Assembly (NCBI GenBank): GCA_963825055.1
Contig: CAWGSK010000012.1
Span: 192,001-256,000, forward strand
Length of the DNA stretch: 64,000 bases
Reading direction: 5' to 3'
DNA from: an uncultured Gemmatimonadales bacterium
Lineage (GTDB): Bacteria; Gemmatimonadota; Gemmatimonadetes; Gemmatimonadales; GWC2-71-9
A program made the position numbers and the translations under genes. Positions within the stretch are counted from its first letter, which is position 1. Every line of letters begins with the position of its first letter. The notes beneath the pieces are model-generated. The model searched no databases. It was not told the origin of the DNA and worked only from the letters and a program-made list of their open reading frames with translations. Below, in pieces: positions 20,850 through 30,434 of this stretch.

Positions 20850-23800
20850 AGGTCACGGTGGTGGCTGGTGGTGATGCTGCTCGCCGCGGTGGCGGTGGTG
20901 GAGTGGCTGCACGAGCCGTCGTGGATCTGGGTTTCCGCCTCGGGACTGCTCCTTGGCGCCGGGGCCCTGCTGGCCACCCGCCCGTGGCGTCGCGCCGACA
21001 CCGCCGCCCTCGTCGTGCTCACGGTCCTCACGGTCTTCCTGCTCTGGGCCCAGCGCGGACTGACGACGATCGGCCACGACTGGCCCAGGGAGCGCGAACG
21101 CCGTGTCACCGCGGCGTCCAGACGCCTCTCAGGCGAATTGGCCGAGGCACTGCGCCAGGCGGAGCGGGCTGTCGAGCGGGCCCGTACCGCCGCGAACTAC
21201 AACCCGCGGGCGGCGTTCGACCAGCTCGAACGGTCCCTGCCGCCCGGCGGCCCCGAGACCGGGCTCGCGCTCTTCGAGGCGACCGGGACCCCGCGGGCCT
21301 GGGCCGGACGGCACCGGATCCTGCCCCGGGCGGCGGGCGACTCGATCGGTGTCGTCGCTGACGGATCATACATCATCCTGGAAACCCGGCGCCATGTCGA
21401 GACCGGGCGGATCCTGGTCGCCAGCGTACTCGTCTGGGCCGATCCCGCCATTCCCGGCGATCCCGAGAGCGTGGCCCGGCGCTTCGCCAGGCGGCGGGGC
21501 GTGGGGCTCGCGGTCTATCCCGCCGGCCTCGCGCCAGCCGGGCCGGACATCTTCGACTACGAACAGCCGACGACCACCGGGAGCCGCGTCCTGTTCAGCG
21601 TGCAGCCGCTCCCGCCGGAACAGGGCCCTGCGCGCGAGAGGCTCCAGCGCCTGGCCAGCGGGGTGACTGTGTGGCTGCTGCTCGCCTTCGTGGCCGCCCT
21701 GGTCCTGGCCGCGCGATCGACCCCGGGCCGCTTCCTGGCGCTTCTCCTGCTGCCGTGGCTGGCCCTCCGCTCACCCCCCGGCCGGGCAGTCGGCATGGCC
21801 GACCTGTTCTCGCCCGGGGTCTTCTTCCGCCCACTGCTCGGGCCCATCTCCGGCTCGGCCGGCCTGCTCGGGCTGACCGGCGCCCTCGTGATCCTCGGGG
21901 CCGTCTGGTTCTGGCGGCGGGGATATGCCCGCCGATGGACCGGGGTCGGCTTCGGTATCCTCCTGCTGCTCGCGGCACCATACGTGATCCGCGAACTCGG
22001 CCGCGGGATCACTCCCCCGGTCGACGGGGTGCCGGTCGACCTCTGGCTCACCTGGGAAGTAACGCTTCTGCTGGCGACGACTGCGATGATCCTGCCGGTC
22101 GCCGCGCTCTTCCGCGGCAGGACGGTCCCCCCGCGCACGCCGTGGACGATCCCGGCCGGCATTGCCGTTGCGATCGTCGCCGCAGTCGCGGGAATCTGGG
22201 TCTGGGGCCCGGGCATCGGGTGGCCGCCCTGGTACACCTTCCTGTGGACCCCCGCACTGGTGCTGGTCACGCTTCCCGCGCCGCGCCGCTCCGCCCTGGT
22301 CGGCATTGCCATCGTGGCGGGGTCGGCGGCGGCCCTGGTTACGTGGGGCGCTGAGCTCGAGGGACGGATCGATGCCGCGCGACGGGACATCACCAGTCTT
22401 GGCGCGGAAGCCGACCCGCTTGCCCTCCCGCCACTGGAGCGGCTGGGGGCCCTCGCCGCGGACGAACCGATCCCGCTGGACGACACCGACCTCTTCCGGC
22501 TCTGGAAAGGCTCGACGTTCGCGGGCGGGGAATACCCGTTCCGGCTCGATCTCTGGAACGCCGACGGGCGCCCGGCCGGGCCCTCGCTCGTGCTGGATTC
22601 GCTCGATGTCTCCGCCGCGCTGCTCTCGGCGATGGTGCGTTCGCTCGATTCCGGGGAGACCCGGCGCTCGGCCCAGGTGACCCGTGTGCCGGGTGTCCAC
22701 GCCATCCTGATGCAGCGCCTCGACTCCGGATTCGTGCTGACCGCCACGGTGGGTCCGCGCACCAGGCTCATCCCTCCCACTCAGCTGGGCCGCCTGCTCC
22801 GGCGCCCGTCCCGCGGACCACCGCTCTATTCCCTCGCCCTGCTCCCGCCGCAGGATGCCGGCGCCCCCTCCGGCGGGCGCGTGGCCTGGCGGCGGGAGGG
22901 GTGGCGCGTGCAGGGCGACCGGGAACTCGGGGTGGGGGAGGGGGTGCGACATGCGCACGCCACGGTGAACCTCCGCGGACCGGTGCCCATCCTCGTGCGC
23001 GGGGCCCTGGTCGTCCTGCTGGACATCGCCGTCATCGCGGCACTCTGGTTCCTGGCCTCGCTCTTCGCCGGCGGGGCGCTCCAGGTCCGCGGGTGGAGTC
23101 GCGCGATCCGCAGTTACCAGGCGCGGCTGGCCCTGACGCTTTCGCTCTTCTTTCTTGTGCCGGTGGCCGGGTTCGCGGCGTGGAGTTTCGCCCGGCTCGA
23201 CGATGAGGCCGAACGGGGGCGTGACCTGCTGGTCGCGCAGACCCTGCGTGCGGCGACCCCGCGCGCGGCCGGCCTGCTCCGCCGTCCCGGGGAGGGCGTG
23301 TCGGAGGGGCTCGAGGAGGTGAGCCGGGAGAGCGACGCCGAGCTGGCGCTCTACAGCGGCGGGGCCATGGTCGGCAGCAGCTCGAGTGTCCTGGGCGACG
23401 TGGGCCTGGTGTCGCCGCTGATGGACCCGGTCGCGTTCCAGGATCTCGCGCTCGAGGACGGCCTCGAGGTGACGCGCCGGAATCCGCTCGTTTCCTCCCT
23501 GCTCGTCGGCTACCGGGTGGTCCGGCCGGGGCCTGCCGCGGGGGTGGGGGTGCTGGCCACCCCCCGCCTGGCGGTGGATCCCATGCTTGCCGCCCAGCAG
23601 GGAGACCTCGTGCTGGGGCTCCTCCTCGCGACGCTGGTGGGGATTGGCGCGGCGCTCATCGGTGCCCGCCGGGCGGCGCGGTCGCTGGCCCGCCCGGTGG
23701 ACAACCTCGGGCTGCTGGCTCGCGCACTCGGGCGGGGCGAGCCCGTGCCCGCGCTCGCGGGAGAGCCCCCGATCGAGTTCGAGCCTGTGTTCGCGGCCTT

Positions 23801-24833
23801 CAGCCGGATGGCGGCCGACATCCGTTCGAGCCAGGCGGCGCTGGAAGCGGCACGGCGCCGGACGGCCACGGTACTGGCCACCGTCGCGACCGGGGTGGTG
23901 GCGCTCGACCGTGACGGGCGCATCCTGCTCGCGAACGAGCGCGCGCGCGACTTGCTCGACCTGCCGCTGGCTGACGGAACCGGGCTGCTCCAGGTCCTGC
24001 CCCCCGCCTGGCGTGAGCTTGGCGACGCCGTCCGGCCATCCCTCGGGGCGGCGACGGTAGATGAAACCGGGCACGAGTTCGATGTGGAGGGGCGCCGGTA
24101 CGGACTGCAGCTGGCGCCACTGGGCGGCGAGTTGCGTGGCGTCGTGCTGGCGCTGAGCGACCTCACCGACGTCTCGCGCGCGGAGCGCGTGCTCGCATGG
24201 GGGGAGATGGCCCGGCAGGTTGCACACGAGATCAAGAATCCGCTTACGCCGCTTCGACTCGGCGTGCAGCACCTGCGCCGGGTGCAGCAGGACCGTCCCG
24301 CTGATCTCAGCCGCGTGGTGGAGGAGACCTCCGGTCGTATCCTGGCGGAGATCGACCGGCTCGATACCATCGCGCGGGCCTTCAGCCGGTTCGGCGCGCC
24401 GGAGACTGGCGGCGGGGCCATGGAGCATGTCGACCTCGCGGGTACGGCCCGTGAGGTCGTGGAGCTCTACGGCATATCGGAGGAGGGCGCCAGGGTTACG
24501 ATGGAGGAGTCGTCCCCGGCCACCGTGGCCGCGCGTCGCGACGAGGTGAAGGAGGTGCTGGTCAACCTGCTGGAGAACGCCCGCAATGCCGGGGCGGCGC
24601 AGGTTGAGGTGTCCGTCGCCGGCCGGACGCTGTCGGTGCGCGACGACGGGCACGGGATCCCGGCCGACCAGCTGCCCCAGATATTCGAGCCCCGCTTTTC
24701 CACGACGACGAGTGGTTCCGGCCTTGGCCTGGCCATCGTCCGGCGCCTGGTGGAAGGTTGGGGTGCCACGATCGAGGTCCGGAGCAGGGCGGGGGAGGGG
24801 ACGACGGTGACCCTGCAGTTCACGGAGGCGTAA
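20841..24833 (+). CDS. Large multi-TM sensor histidine kinase (NtrY-like: HAMP-PAS-HisKA-HATPase); start uncertain (20841-20874)
   Basis: H-box WGEMARQVAHEIKNPLTP, N-box NLLENA, DDGHG, FEPRFST and GSGLGL; many transmembrane segments. Confidence 0.9.
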   Translation: MIHRSRWWLVVMLLAAVAVVEWLHEPSWIWVSASGLLLGAGALLATRPWRRADTAALVVLTVLTVFLLWAQRGLTTIGHDWPRERERRVTAASRRLSGELAEALRQAERAVERARTAANYNPRAAFDQLERSLPPGGPETGLALFEATGTPRAWAGRHRILPRAAGDSIGVVADGSYIILETRRHVETGRILVASVLVWADPAIPGDPESVARRFARRRGVGLAVYPAGLAPAGPDIFDYEQPTTTGSRVLFSVQPLPPEQGPARERLQRLASGVTVWLLLAFVAALVLAARSTPGRFLALLLLPWLALRSPPGRAVGMADLFSPGVFFRPLLGPISGSAGLLGLTGALVILGAVWFWRRGYARRWTGVGFGILLLLAAPYVIRELGRGITPPVDGVPVDLWLTWEVTLLLATTAMILPVAALFRGRTVPPRTPWTIPAGIAVAIVAAVAGIWVWGPGIGWPPWYTFLWTPALVLVTLPAPRRSALVGIAIVAGSAAALVTWGAELEGRIDAARRDITSLGAEADPLALPPLERLGALAADEPIPLDDTDLFRLWKGSTFAGGEYPFRLDLWNADGRPAGPSLVLDSLDVSAALLSAMVRSLDSGETRRSAQVTRVPGVHAILMQRLDSGFVLTATVGPRTRLIPPTQLGRLLRRPSRGPPLYSLALLPPQDAGAPSGGRVAWRREGWRVQGDRELGVGEGVRHAHATVNLRGPVPILVRGALVVLLDIAVIAALWFLASLFAGGALQVRGWSRAIRSYQARLALTLSLFFLVPVAGFAAWSFARLDDEAERGRDLLVAQTLRAATPRAAGLLRRPGEGVSEGLEEVSRESDAELALYSGGAMVGSSSSVLGDVGLVSPLMDPVAFQDLALEDGLEVTRRNPLVSSLLVGYRVVRPGPAAGVGVLATPRLAVDPMLAAQQGDLVLGLLLATLVGIGAALIGARRAARSLARPVDNLGLLARALGRGEPVPALAGEPPIEFEPVFAAFSRMAADIRSSQAALEAARRRTATVLATVATGVVALDRDGRILLANERARDLLDLPLADGTGLLQVLPPAWRELGDAVRPSLGAATVDETGHEFDVEGRRYGLQLAPLGGELRGVVLALSDLTDVSRAERVLAWGEMARQVAHEIKNPLTPLRLGVQHLRRVQQDRPADLSRVVEETSGRILAEIDRLDTIARAFSRFGAPETGGGAMEHVDLAGTAREVVELYGISEEGARVTMEESSPATVAARRDEVKEVLVNLLENARNAGAAQVEVSVAGRTLSVRDDGHGIPADQLPQIFEPRFSTTTSGSGLGLAIVRRLVEGWGATIEVRSRAGEGTTVTLQFTEA

Positions 24834-24888
24834 GTTCGCCATGCCGCTATCTTGCAGTACCCCTTCATACCGACGGTCGCGAGTTCCC

Positions 24889-25749
24889 ATGTCCCGCCTG
24901 CTGTCGCTCATGCTGCTGCTTCCGGTTGTCGCCGGTGCCCAGGTTCCGATCACCGGGGGGGTCTCGGTCATGCCGGGGCCTGTTCGCGAAGGGAGCGCCT
25001 TTCGGGTCGTGCTGGATTCGGCCTGGTGGGCGGACGCCCCGCTGGACGCGCAGGTGGCGGGCGAGCCGGTCCGGTTCGTCCGGGCGGCTGACGGCACCTG
25101 GCGGGGGCTGGCCGCCGCCCCGGTCGGGGTGGACAGTGTCGTCCTGAGCGCGGGAGACCGGCGGGTCGTCATCCCCGTGGTTTCCGGGCACTTCCCATCG
25201 GAGCGACTGCAGGTCGCACCCGCCTTCGGGCGCAAACCCGACAGCGCCACCTCGGCGCGTATCGCGTCAGAAGTGGCCCGGGCCCGCGCCGTGTCCCGGG
25301 CCGCCCATGACACGCCCCGCCTCTGGTCCGGCCCCTTCCGCCGCCCCCGTGACAGCCGCATCACGAGTCCGTTCGGGCGTTACCGCACGTTCAACGGCGC
25401 CGTGGAAAGCCGGCACATGGGCGTGGATTTCGCGGGTGCGACCGGCGAGCCGGTCCTCGCCGCCAACCGGGGAGTGGTGGCGCTGGTCGAAGACTTCTAT
25501 CTTGCAGGGAAGGCCGTGTATGTCGATCACGGAGATGGTCTCGTGACCGGCTACTTCCACCTGAGCCGCGCCGACGTGACCGCCGGCGACACGGTGGAGG
25601 CCGGTCAGCGCCTTGGCGCGGTGGGCCACAGCGGTCGCGTCACGGCCCCGCACCTGCACTGGATCGCCCGTTACGGGGCCATCACGATCAACCCGTTGTC
25701 CCTCGTGGCACTCGATTCCCCAACGACCCCCGACCCGGCCACCCCATGA
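24889..25749 (+). CDS. M23 family metallopeptidase
   Basis: Signal peptide, HMGVD (HxxxD), YFHL, GRVTAPHLH (HxH). Confidence 0.9.
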   Translation: MSRLLSLMLLLPVVAGAQVPITGGVSVMPGPVREGSAFRVVLDSAWWADAPLDAQVAGEPVRFVRAADGTWRGLAAAPVGVDSVVLSAGDRRVVIPVVSGHFPSERLQVAPAFGRKPDSATSARIASEVARARAVSRAAHDTPRLWSGPFRRPRDSRITSPFGRYRTFNGAVESRHMGVDFAGATGEPVLAANRGVVALVEDFYLAGKAVYVDHGDGLVTGYFHLSRADVTAGDTVEAGQRLGAVGHSGRVTAPHLHWIARYGAITINPLSLVALDSPTTPDPATP

Positions 25750-26564
25750 CGCACGTCAGCGCCATTTTCTACTACCCGCTCAAATCCGCGCGCGGCATCG
25801 CGCTCGATCATGCGCGACTGGACGATCGTGGCATCCGGGGTGACCGACGCTGGATGCTGGTGGATGGCGAGGGACGCTTCGTGAGCCAGCGCGAAGCATC
25901 ACGGCTCTGTCTCGTACAGCCGGGCTTCACCGCGGAGGGCATGACCCTCGAGGCGCCGGGCATGGACCCGGTCGTCGTGCCGCGCCAGTCGAACGGCGAG
26001 GGCAGGCGGGTGGTGCTCTGGGACGACACGTGCGGCGCGTCCGACATGGGCGACGAACCCGCCCGATGGTTCAGCACGTTCCTGGACCTGCCGGTGCGAA
26101 TGGTGTTCATGCCCGCCGACTCGCGCCGGCGGATTGACCCTGCCTGGGATTCCCGGGGAAGGATCACCAGCTTCACAGACGGGTTTCCGCTGCTCTTCAC
26201 CAGCCAGTCGTCACTCGACGACCTGAACGGCCGGCTCGAGGAGCGGGTGCCGATGAACCGTTTCCGGCCCAGCGTCGTGATCAGTGGCGCGGAGCCCTGG
26301 GCCGAGGACCGGTGGTCGTTGCTTCGTATCAGCGGGGTGGAGTATGACGTGGGGAAGCCGTGCGAGCGATGCGTCATGGCCACGATCAACCAGGACACGG
26401 GCGAGGCAGGTCACGAGCCGCTGCGGACCCTCGCCACCTTCCGGCGGGTGAACGGCAAGACCCTCTTCGGGCGCAACGTGATGCATCGCGATGCCGGCGT
26501 GCTTCGGGTGGGTGACCGCGTGGATGTCGTCACCTCGGCGGAGACGGCCGGCACTCCCTCCTAG
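25746..26564 (+). CDS. MOSC domain protein (YcbX/mARC-like)
   Basis: YPLKS, DRRWML, FTDGFPLL, RFRPS, EDRW, KPCERC. Confidence 0.92.
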   Translation: MTHVSAIFYYPLKSARGIALDHARLDDRGIRGDRRWMLVDGEGRFVSQREASRLCLVQPGFTAEGMTLEAPGMDPVVVPRQSNGEGRRVVLWDDTCGASDMGDEPARWFSTFLDLPVRMVFMPADSRRRIDPAWDSRGRITSFTDGFPLLFTSQSSLDDLNGRLEERVPMNRFRPSVVISGAEPWAEDRWSLLRISGVEYDVGKPCERCVMATINQDTGEAGHEPLRTLATFRRVNGKTLFGRNVMHRDAGVLRVGDRVDVVTSAETAGTPS

Positions 26565-27433
26565 AAACTCACCGCGTAACCCAGGGTCGGCGTTCCGGTC
26601 GGGGTCAGCAGGAACCCGGGCGGCTTCAACCCGAAGAACTGCCAGTGGCCGTTGACGAACTTCGCGCTCGCGATGCCGAGGGCGGCACCCAGGGCGGTGT
26701 CGCTCAGCCAGTGGCGATTGTCGTTGATTCGCGAATAGGCCGTGCCGAGGGCGAACGTATACAGGGCCACCGTCACCATCGGTTCATGGATGTCGTCACT
26801 GAGGGACGTGGCGATGGCAAACGCTGCGGTCGTGTGGCCGGAAGGGAATGAGCTGCGGGTGGTGAACCCCGCCGAGTCCTTGAGCGAGGTGAAGGGATGG
26901 AACTCGAACGCCCCCACCTGCTCATTCGGCCGGCTGCGGCCGACGAGTCGCTTGATGGCCTCGGAAGTGAGGCCGGAAAAGAGCACCGCGGCCACCATCC
27001 GTCCCCCGGCCCGCTGAATATCCCGGTTCTTCGTCACCACCCCGAGGGCCAGCGTGCCGAGGCTGACCCCTCCGTAGAACACCGGTTCGCCCTCCTTGCG
27101 GAAGACGGACGAGATGTCATTGGTCGTCTTCGAGCGATTCCGCTGGGCCCACCGCTGGACCGGCTCGTCCAGGACGGAAAACGCGGCCACCCCTGCGAGG
27201 ACGGCGCCAGCCTCATACCAGCGCACGACATGGGCCTCGCGGATCACCTCACGCTGAGCCTCCTTCGCCAGCGTGTCGTTGATCGCCTTGATGACGGTGT
27301 CCCGCTTCGCCTTCCTGACGGAATCGGGGACTTGCGCCGCGAGTGGCGCCGCAGTGACGGCGAGAGTCGTCGCCGTCAGCAGGGCAAACAGAAACCGGGC
27401 GCCTCGTGGCGCCCGGACGTGGGACCGATGCAT
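26561..27433 (-). CDS. PAP2-family phosphatase with signal peptide
   Basis: K..VGRSRP, SFPSGHT, SRINDNRHWLSD. ATG 27433 follows the SD GAGGGAG. Confidence 0.88.
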   Translation of the reverse strand: MHRSHVRAPRGARFLFALLTATTLAVTAAPLAAQVPDSVRKAKRDTVIKAINDTLAKEAQREVIREAHVVRWYEAGAVLAGVAAFSVLDEPVQRWAQRNRSKTTNDISSVFRKEGEPVFYGGVSLGTLALGVVTKNRDIQRAGGRMVAAVLFSGLTSEAIKRLVGRSRPNEQVGAFEFHPFTSLKDSAGFTTRSSFPSGHTTAAFAIATSLSDDIHEPMVTVALYTFALGTAYSRINDNRHWLSDTALGAALGIASAKFVNGHWQFFGLKPPGFLLTPTGTPTLGYAVSF

Positions 27434-27468
27434 GCACACTCCCTCGAACGGGTCTTGGCCCAAAAAGG

Positions 27469-27509
27469 ATTATAGCCGAGAGACGCTCGGGGCCGTGAGG
27501 GTGGTCACA
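27469..27509. promoter_or_regulatory. Perfect TATAAT -10 (minus strand, PAP2) plus a CRP-like box in the PAP2/comM divergent region
   Basis: TATAAT at 27474-27469 (minus strand); CGTGA-gggtgg-TCACA at 27494-27509. Confidence 0.5.
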
Positions 27510-27607
27510 TGCCACTCCGGGGTGGTCCCGGACCATCGTGCGGGAAAAGGATGACGGGAGAACGCCCACACGTCCGCATCGTGTGCGACCCCCATTCCGG
27601 GAGTTGC

Positions 27608-29191
27608 ATGCTCGCGCGCATTCGTTCCGCCGCCGTACTCGGCATCGACGCCTATCCGGTCGACGTCGAGGTGGACATTACCAATGGCCTGCCGTCGTTT
27701 TCCACGGTTGGCCTGCCGCAGGGGGCCGTGAAGGAGGGGAGGGAGCGGGTCAACGCGGCGGTCGTGAACGCGGGCTTCAGTTTTCCCCTCAAGCGGATCA
27801 CGGTGAACCTCGCGCCGGCCGACATCCGGAAGGACGGTTCCGCGTTCGACCTGCCGATCGCGGTGGGGATCCTGGTCGCGAGCGGACAGCTGCCCGCGGA
27901 GGCGGTGCGGGACCTGTTCATCCTGGGGGAGGTCGGGCTCGAGGGAGACCTCCGCCCCGCCCGCGGCGCGCTTCCAATGGCCCTGGCGGCGCGGGAGGCC
28001 GCTGCGCCAGGGATCATCCTCCCCGCGCAGAACATCGCCGAGGCCGCGGTCGTGGAGGGCATCGCGGTCCACGGCGCGCGCACCCTGACCGAAGTTGCCC
28101 GCCACCTCATCGGCGAGGCGCCGCTGGCGCCGCACCGGGTGGACGTGGAGGCGTTGATGTCCGAGCGCCGCCAGGATGTCGTCGACTTCGCGGATGTGCG
28201 AAGCCAGACGGCGGCGAAACGCGCGCTGGAGGTCGCCGCCGCCGGCTCGCACAACATCCTGCTCATCGGTCCGCCGGGAACCGGCAAGACCATGCTGGCG
28301 CGGCGGCTCCCCACCATCCTCCCGACCATGAGCCTGGAGGAGGCGCTCGAAACCACCCGGATCCACAGTGTCGCCGGAACGCTGCCCGCAGGGCAGGCGC
28401 TCTGCGTCAGCCGCCCGTTCCGCGCCCCGCATCACACCATCAGCGATGCGGGGCTGATCGGCGGCGGCTCCACGCCCCGACCCGGCGAGGTCTCGCTCGC
28501 GCACGGCGGGGTGCTCTTTCTGGACGAGCTGCCCGAGTTCCGGAAGAACGTGCTGGAGGTGATGCGCCAGCCGATGGAGGATGGGGTGGTGACGTTGAGC
28601 CGGGCACTGATGAGCCTGACTTATCCGGCCAGGTTCATGCTGGCCGCGGCCATGAACCCATGTCCCTGTGGCTATCACGGTGACCCGACCCATACGTGCC
28701 ACTGTGGGCCACTGGCCGTGGAACGGTACCTGGGGCGCGTCTCAGGCCCACTCCTCGACCGGATCGATATCCACCTGCCCGTGCCGGCGGTATCATGGCA
28801 GGACCTGGCGGGCCGCGAGGGGGGAGAGCCCAGTGCCGATATCAGGGTCCGGGTCGATGCGGCCCGGCGCCGGCAGCGGGAGCGGTTCCGTGGCCGGCCC
28901 GGGGTGCACGCGAACGCGCACATGGGGCCGCGCGACCTCCGGCGCCACTGCGCGGTCACGCCCCCGGTAGAACAGATCCTCCGCACTGCCATCACCCGGC
29001 TCGGTCTCTCGGCGCGGGCCTACCACCGGGTCCTCAAGATCGCCCGTACGATCGCGGACCTGGCCGCCGCGGACGAGCTGGAGGTTTCCCACGTCGCGGA
29101 GGCGATCCAGTACCGCACCCTGGATCGCGCGGGCGCGAGTGCCTTCGCCCCGGGAGGGCCGGGCGGCTTCCGGTCGGGCCTCGCCGGGTAG
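27608..29191 (+). CDS. comM: YifB/ComM Mg-chelatase-like AAA+ ATPase
   Basis: ITVNLAPADIRKDGSAFDLPIA, GPPGTGKT, RPFRAPHHT, LFLDELPEF, NPCPCG, LSARAY. Confidence 0.95.
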   Translation: MLARIRSAAVLGIDAYPVDVEVDITNGLPSFSTVGLPQGAVKEGRERVNAAVVNAGFSFPLKRITVNLAPADIRKDGSAFDLPIAVGILVASGQLPAEAVRDLFILGEVGLEGDLRPARGALPMALAAREAAAPGIILPAQNIAEAAVVEGIAVHGARTLTEVARHLIGEAPLAPHRVDVEALMSERRQDVVDFADVRSQTAAKRALEVAAAGSHNILLIGPPGTGKTMLARRLPTILPTMSLEEALETTRIHSVAGTLPAGQALCVSRPFRAPHHTISDAGLIGGGSTPRPGEVSLAHGGVLFLDELPEFRKNVLEVMRQPMEDGVVTLSRALMSLTYPARFMLAAAMNPCPCGYHGDPTHTCHCGPLAVERYLGRVSGPLLDRIDIHLPVPAVSWQDLAGREGGEPSADIRVRVDAARRRQRERFRGRPGVHANAHMGPRDLRRHCAVTPPVEQILRTAITRLGLSARAYHRVLKIARTIADLAAADELEVSHVAEAIQYRTLDRAGASAFAPGGPGGFRSGLAG

Positions 29192-29224
29192 TACCTTCAG
29201 GGCCCTGGCCCTGGAGAGCGCCGC

Positions 29225-29677
29225 ATGGAGAGTGTGAGCCCCGGTCTACCCCCGGAGTCGGCCAGCGTTCGCGGGGACGGGCACGGGCCTGGTCGTGGAC
29301 GACGAGCCTATTGTGCGCGAGCTCGTAAAGCGTATGCTGGAGGAACGAGGTATTACGGTTCGGGCCGCGAGCGCAGGCCGGGAGGCGGTCGAGATGCTGG
29401 AGCAACTTGAGGTCAATGCCCTCATCACCGACCTCACCATGCCCGACATGAGCAGCACCGAGGTCGCACGGATCGCTCTGGGGCCCCACGCTCACCTCCC
29501 GGTCCTGTCTATCACCGGCCACCACGGCGGGGACGTCCGATAGGAAGCCGCCGGGCCACAACCGGCGGTGCTGCATAAGCCTTTTGCTCAGAGGGGTTGT
29601 TCGACGCCCTGGACCGCGCCTTTTCGCGCAACGGGGTACCGGTCGCCGGACCCGGACGTGGTACATTGCAGGCCTGA
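29225..29677 (+). pseudogene. Decayed response-regulator receiver domain
   Basis: GTGLVVDDEPIVRELVKRML...ITDLTMPDMS...LPVLSITG, in-frame TAG at 29541-29543, then VLHKPF in the same frame, then a frameshift to EGLFDALDRAF..TGA 29677. The upstream ATG 29225 is out of frame. Confidence 0.8.
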
Positions 29678-29831
29678 TCCAATCGTGGGTGGTGTGCGAG
29701 GACGTACTCCCGATTCGTCACCGAGGATGTACGGTGGGGAGTGCCCAGCACGGGCGCACCCTCTCCCATCGTCCTCTATTCGTTCGCAGGGCCGAGCGCC
29801 CGACTCCAGATCTTGAGAGAAAGGTGAGTTC

Positions 29832-30434
29832 ATGGCTGCTTCCCGCTGGCTGCCTGTGTTGCTGATTGGGATCGTGGGCTGCACCCCGCTCGGGGGGTGG
29901 CTCTACGGCGATCCCAGCTTTGCCCTCACGGAGGTGCGGGTGCACGGCGACAACACCGCCACGGGAGATACGGTCGAGTTCCTGGTCATGGGGTGCAACC
30001 TGAACGACTTCGACCTGATGGGGACGTCGATGGCGATGTCGCTGAAGGTTGGCGGCCGCACGGTGAGCGAGACCCGGCTGGAGGGATACTACAGTCTCGG
30101 CATGCGGGACTCGACCCGGCTGCTGCAGCCCCTGTCCGTGCCGATCTCCGAACTGCGGAAGCAGAAGGGCGGCGGACGCCTCCCCTACGTGCTGGCGGGC
30201 GAAACCGTGCTGCAGACCCCGATTGGCGAGCGGACGGTACGGTTCCAGGTCAAGGGCGACGTCTCGGTCTCGGGAGACCCGCCGAAGCTGGTGACGACAG
30301 GCAGCCAGATCAGCTGCCACCCGGGGCGTTCCACCCTGCCGCCTGCCTGGCCGACCCCGGAATTCACGGGGCCCCCGATCGACGCTCCTCCACGCCTTCC
30401 GCCGGGACAGCGCCCCGGGGACCCGCCGCAGTAG
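29832..30434 (+). CDS. LEA_2/WHy-like lipoprotein
   Basis: Lipobox-like IVGC, N.NDFDL motif, beta-sandwich pattern, Pro-rich tail. Confidence 0.65.
   Translation: MAASRWLPVLLIGIVGCTPLGGWLYGDPSFALTEVRVHGDNTATGDTVEFLVMGCNLNDFDLMGTSMAMSLKVGGRTVSETRLEGYYSLGMRDSTRLLQPLSVPISELRKQKGGGRLPYVLAGETVLQTPIGERTVRFQVKGDVSVSGDPPKLVTTGSQISCHPGRSTLPPAWPTPEFTGPPIDAPPRLPPGQRPGDPPQ

Noticed and set aside
21771..25364. 1197-aa antisense ORF, and similar long ORFs such as 3743-5785, 8543-10585 and 56797-59454
   Set aside because: Shadow frames opposite or overlapping well-supported genes. They have no motifs and are expected in high-GC DNA with few stop codons.
27608..29191. Mobile element inserted in comM
   Set aside because: comM is full-length and uninterrupted, with no integrase or att duplication.
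29541..29543. TAG read-through (pyrrolysine or recoding) in the receiver gene
   Set aside because: Additional frameshifts flank the stop, and TAG is a normal stop elsewhere in the window (grpE, comM, ALDH).
29697..29732. Direct repeat CGAGGA(C/T)GTAC, two copies
   Set aside because: Only two imperfect copies with no supporting context; could be chance.
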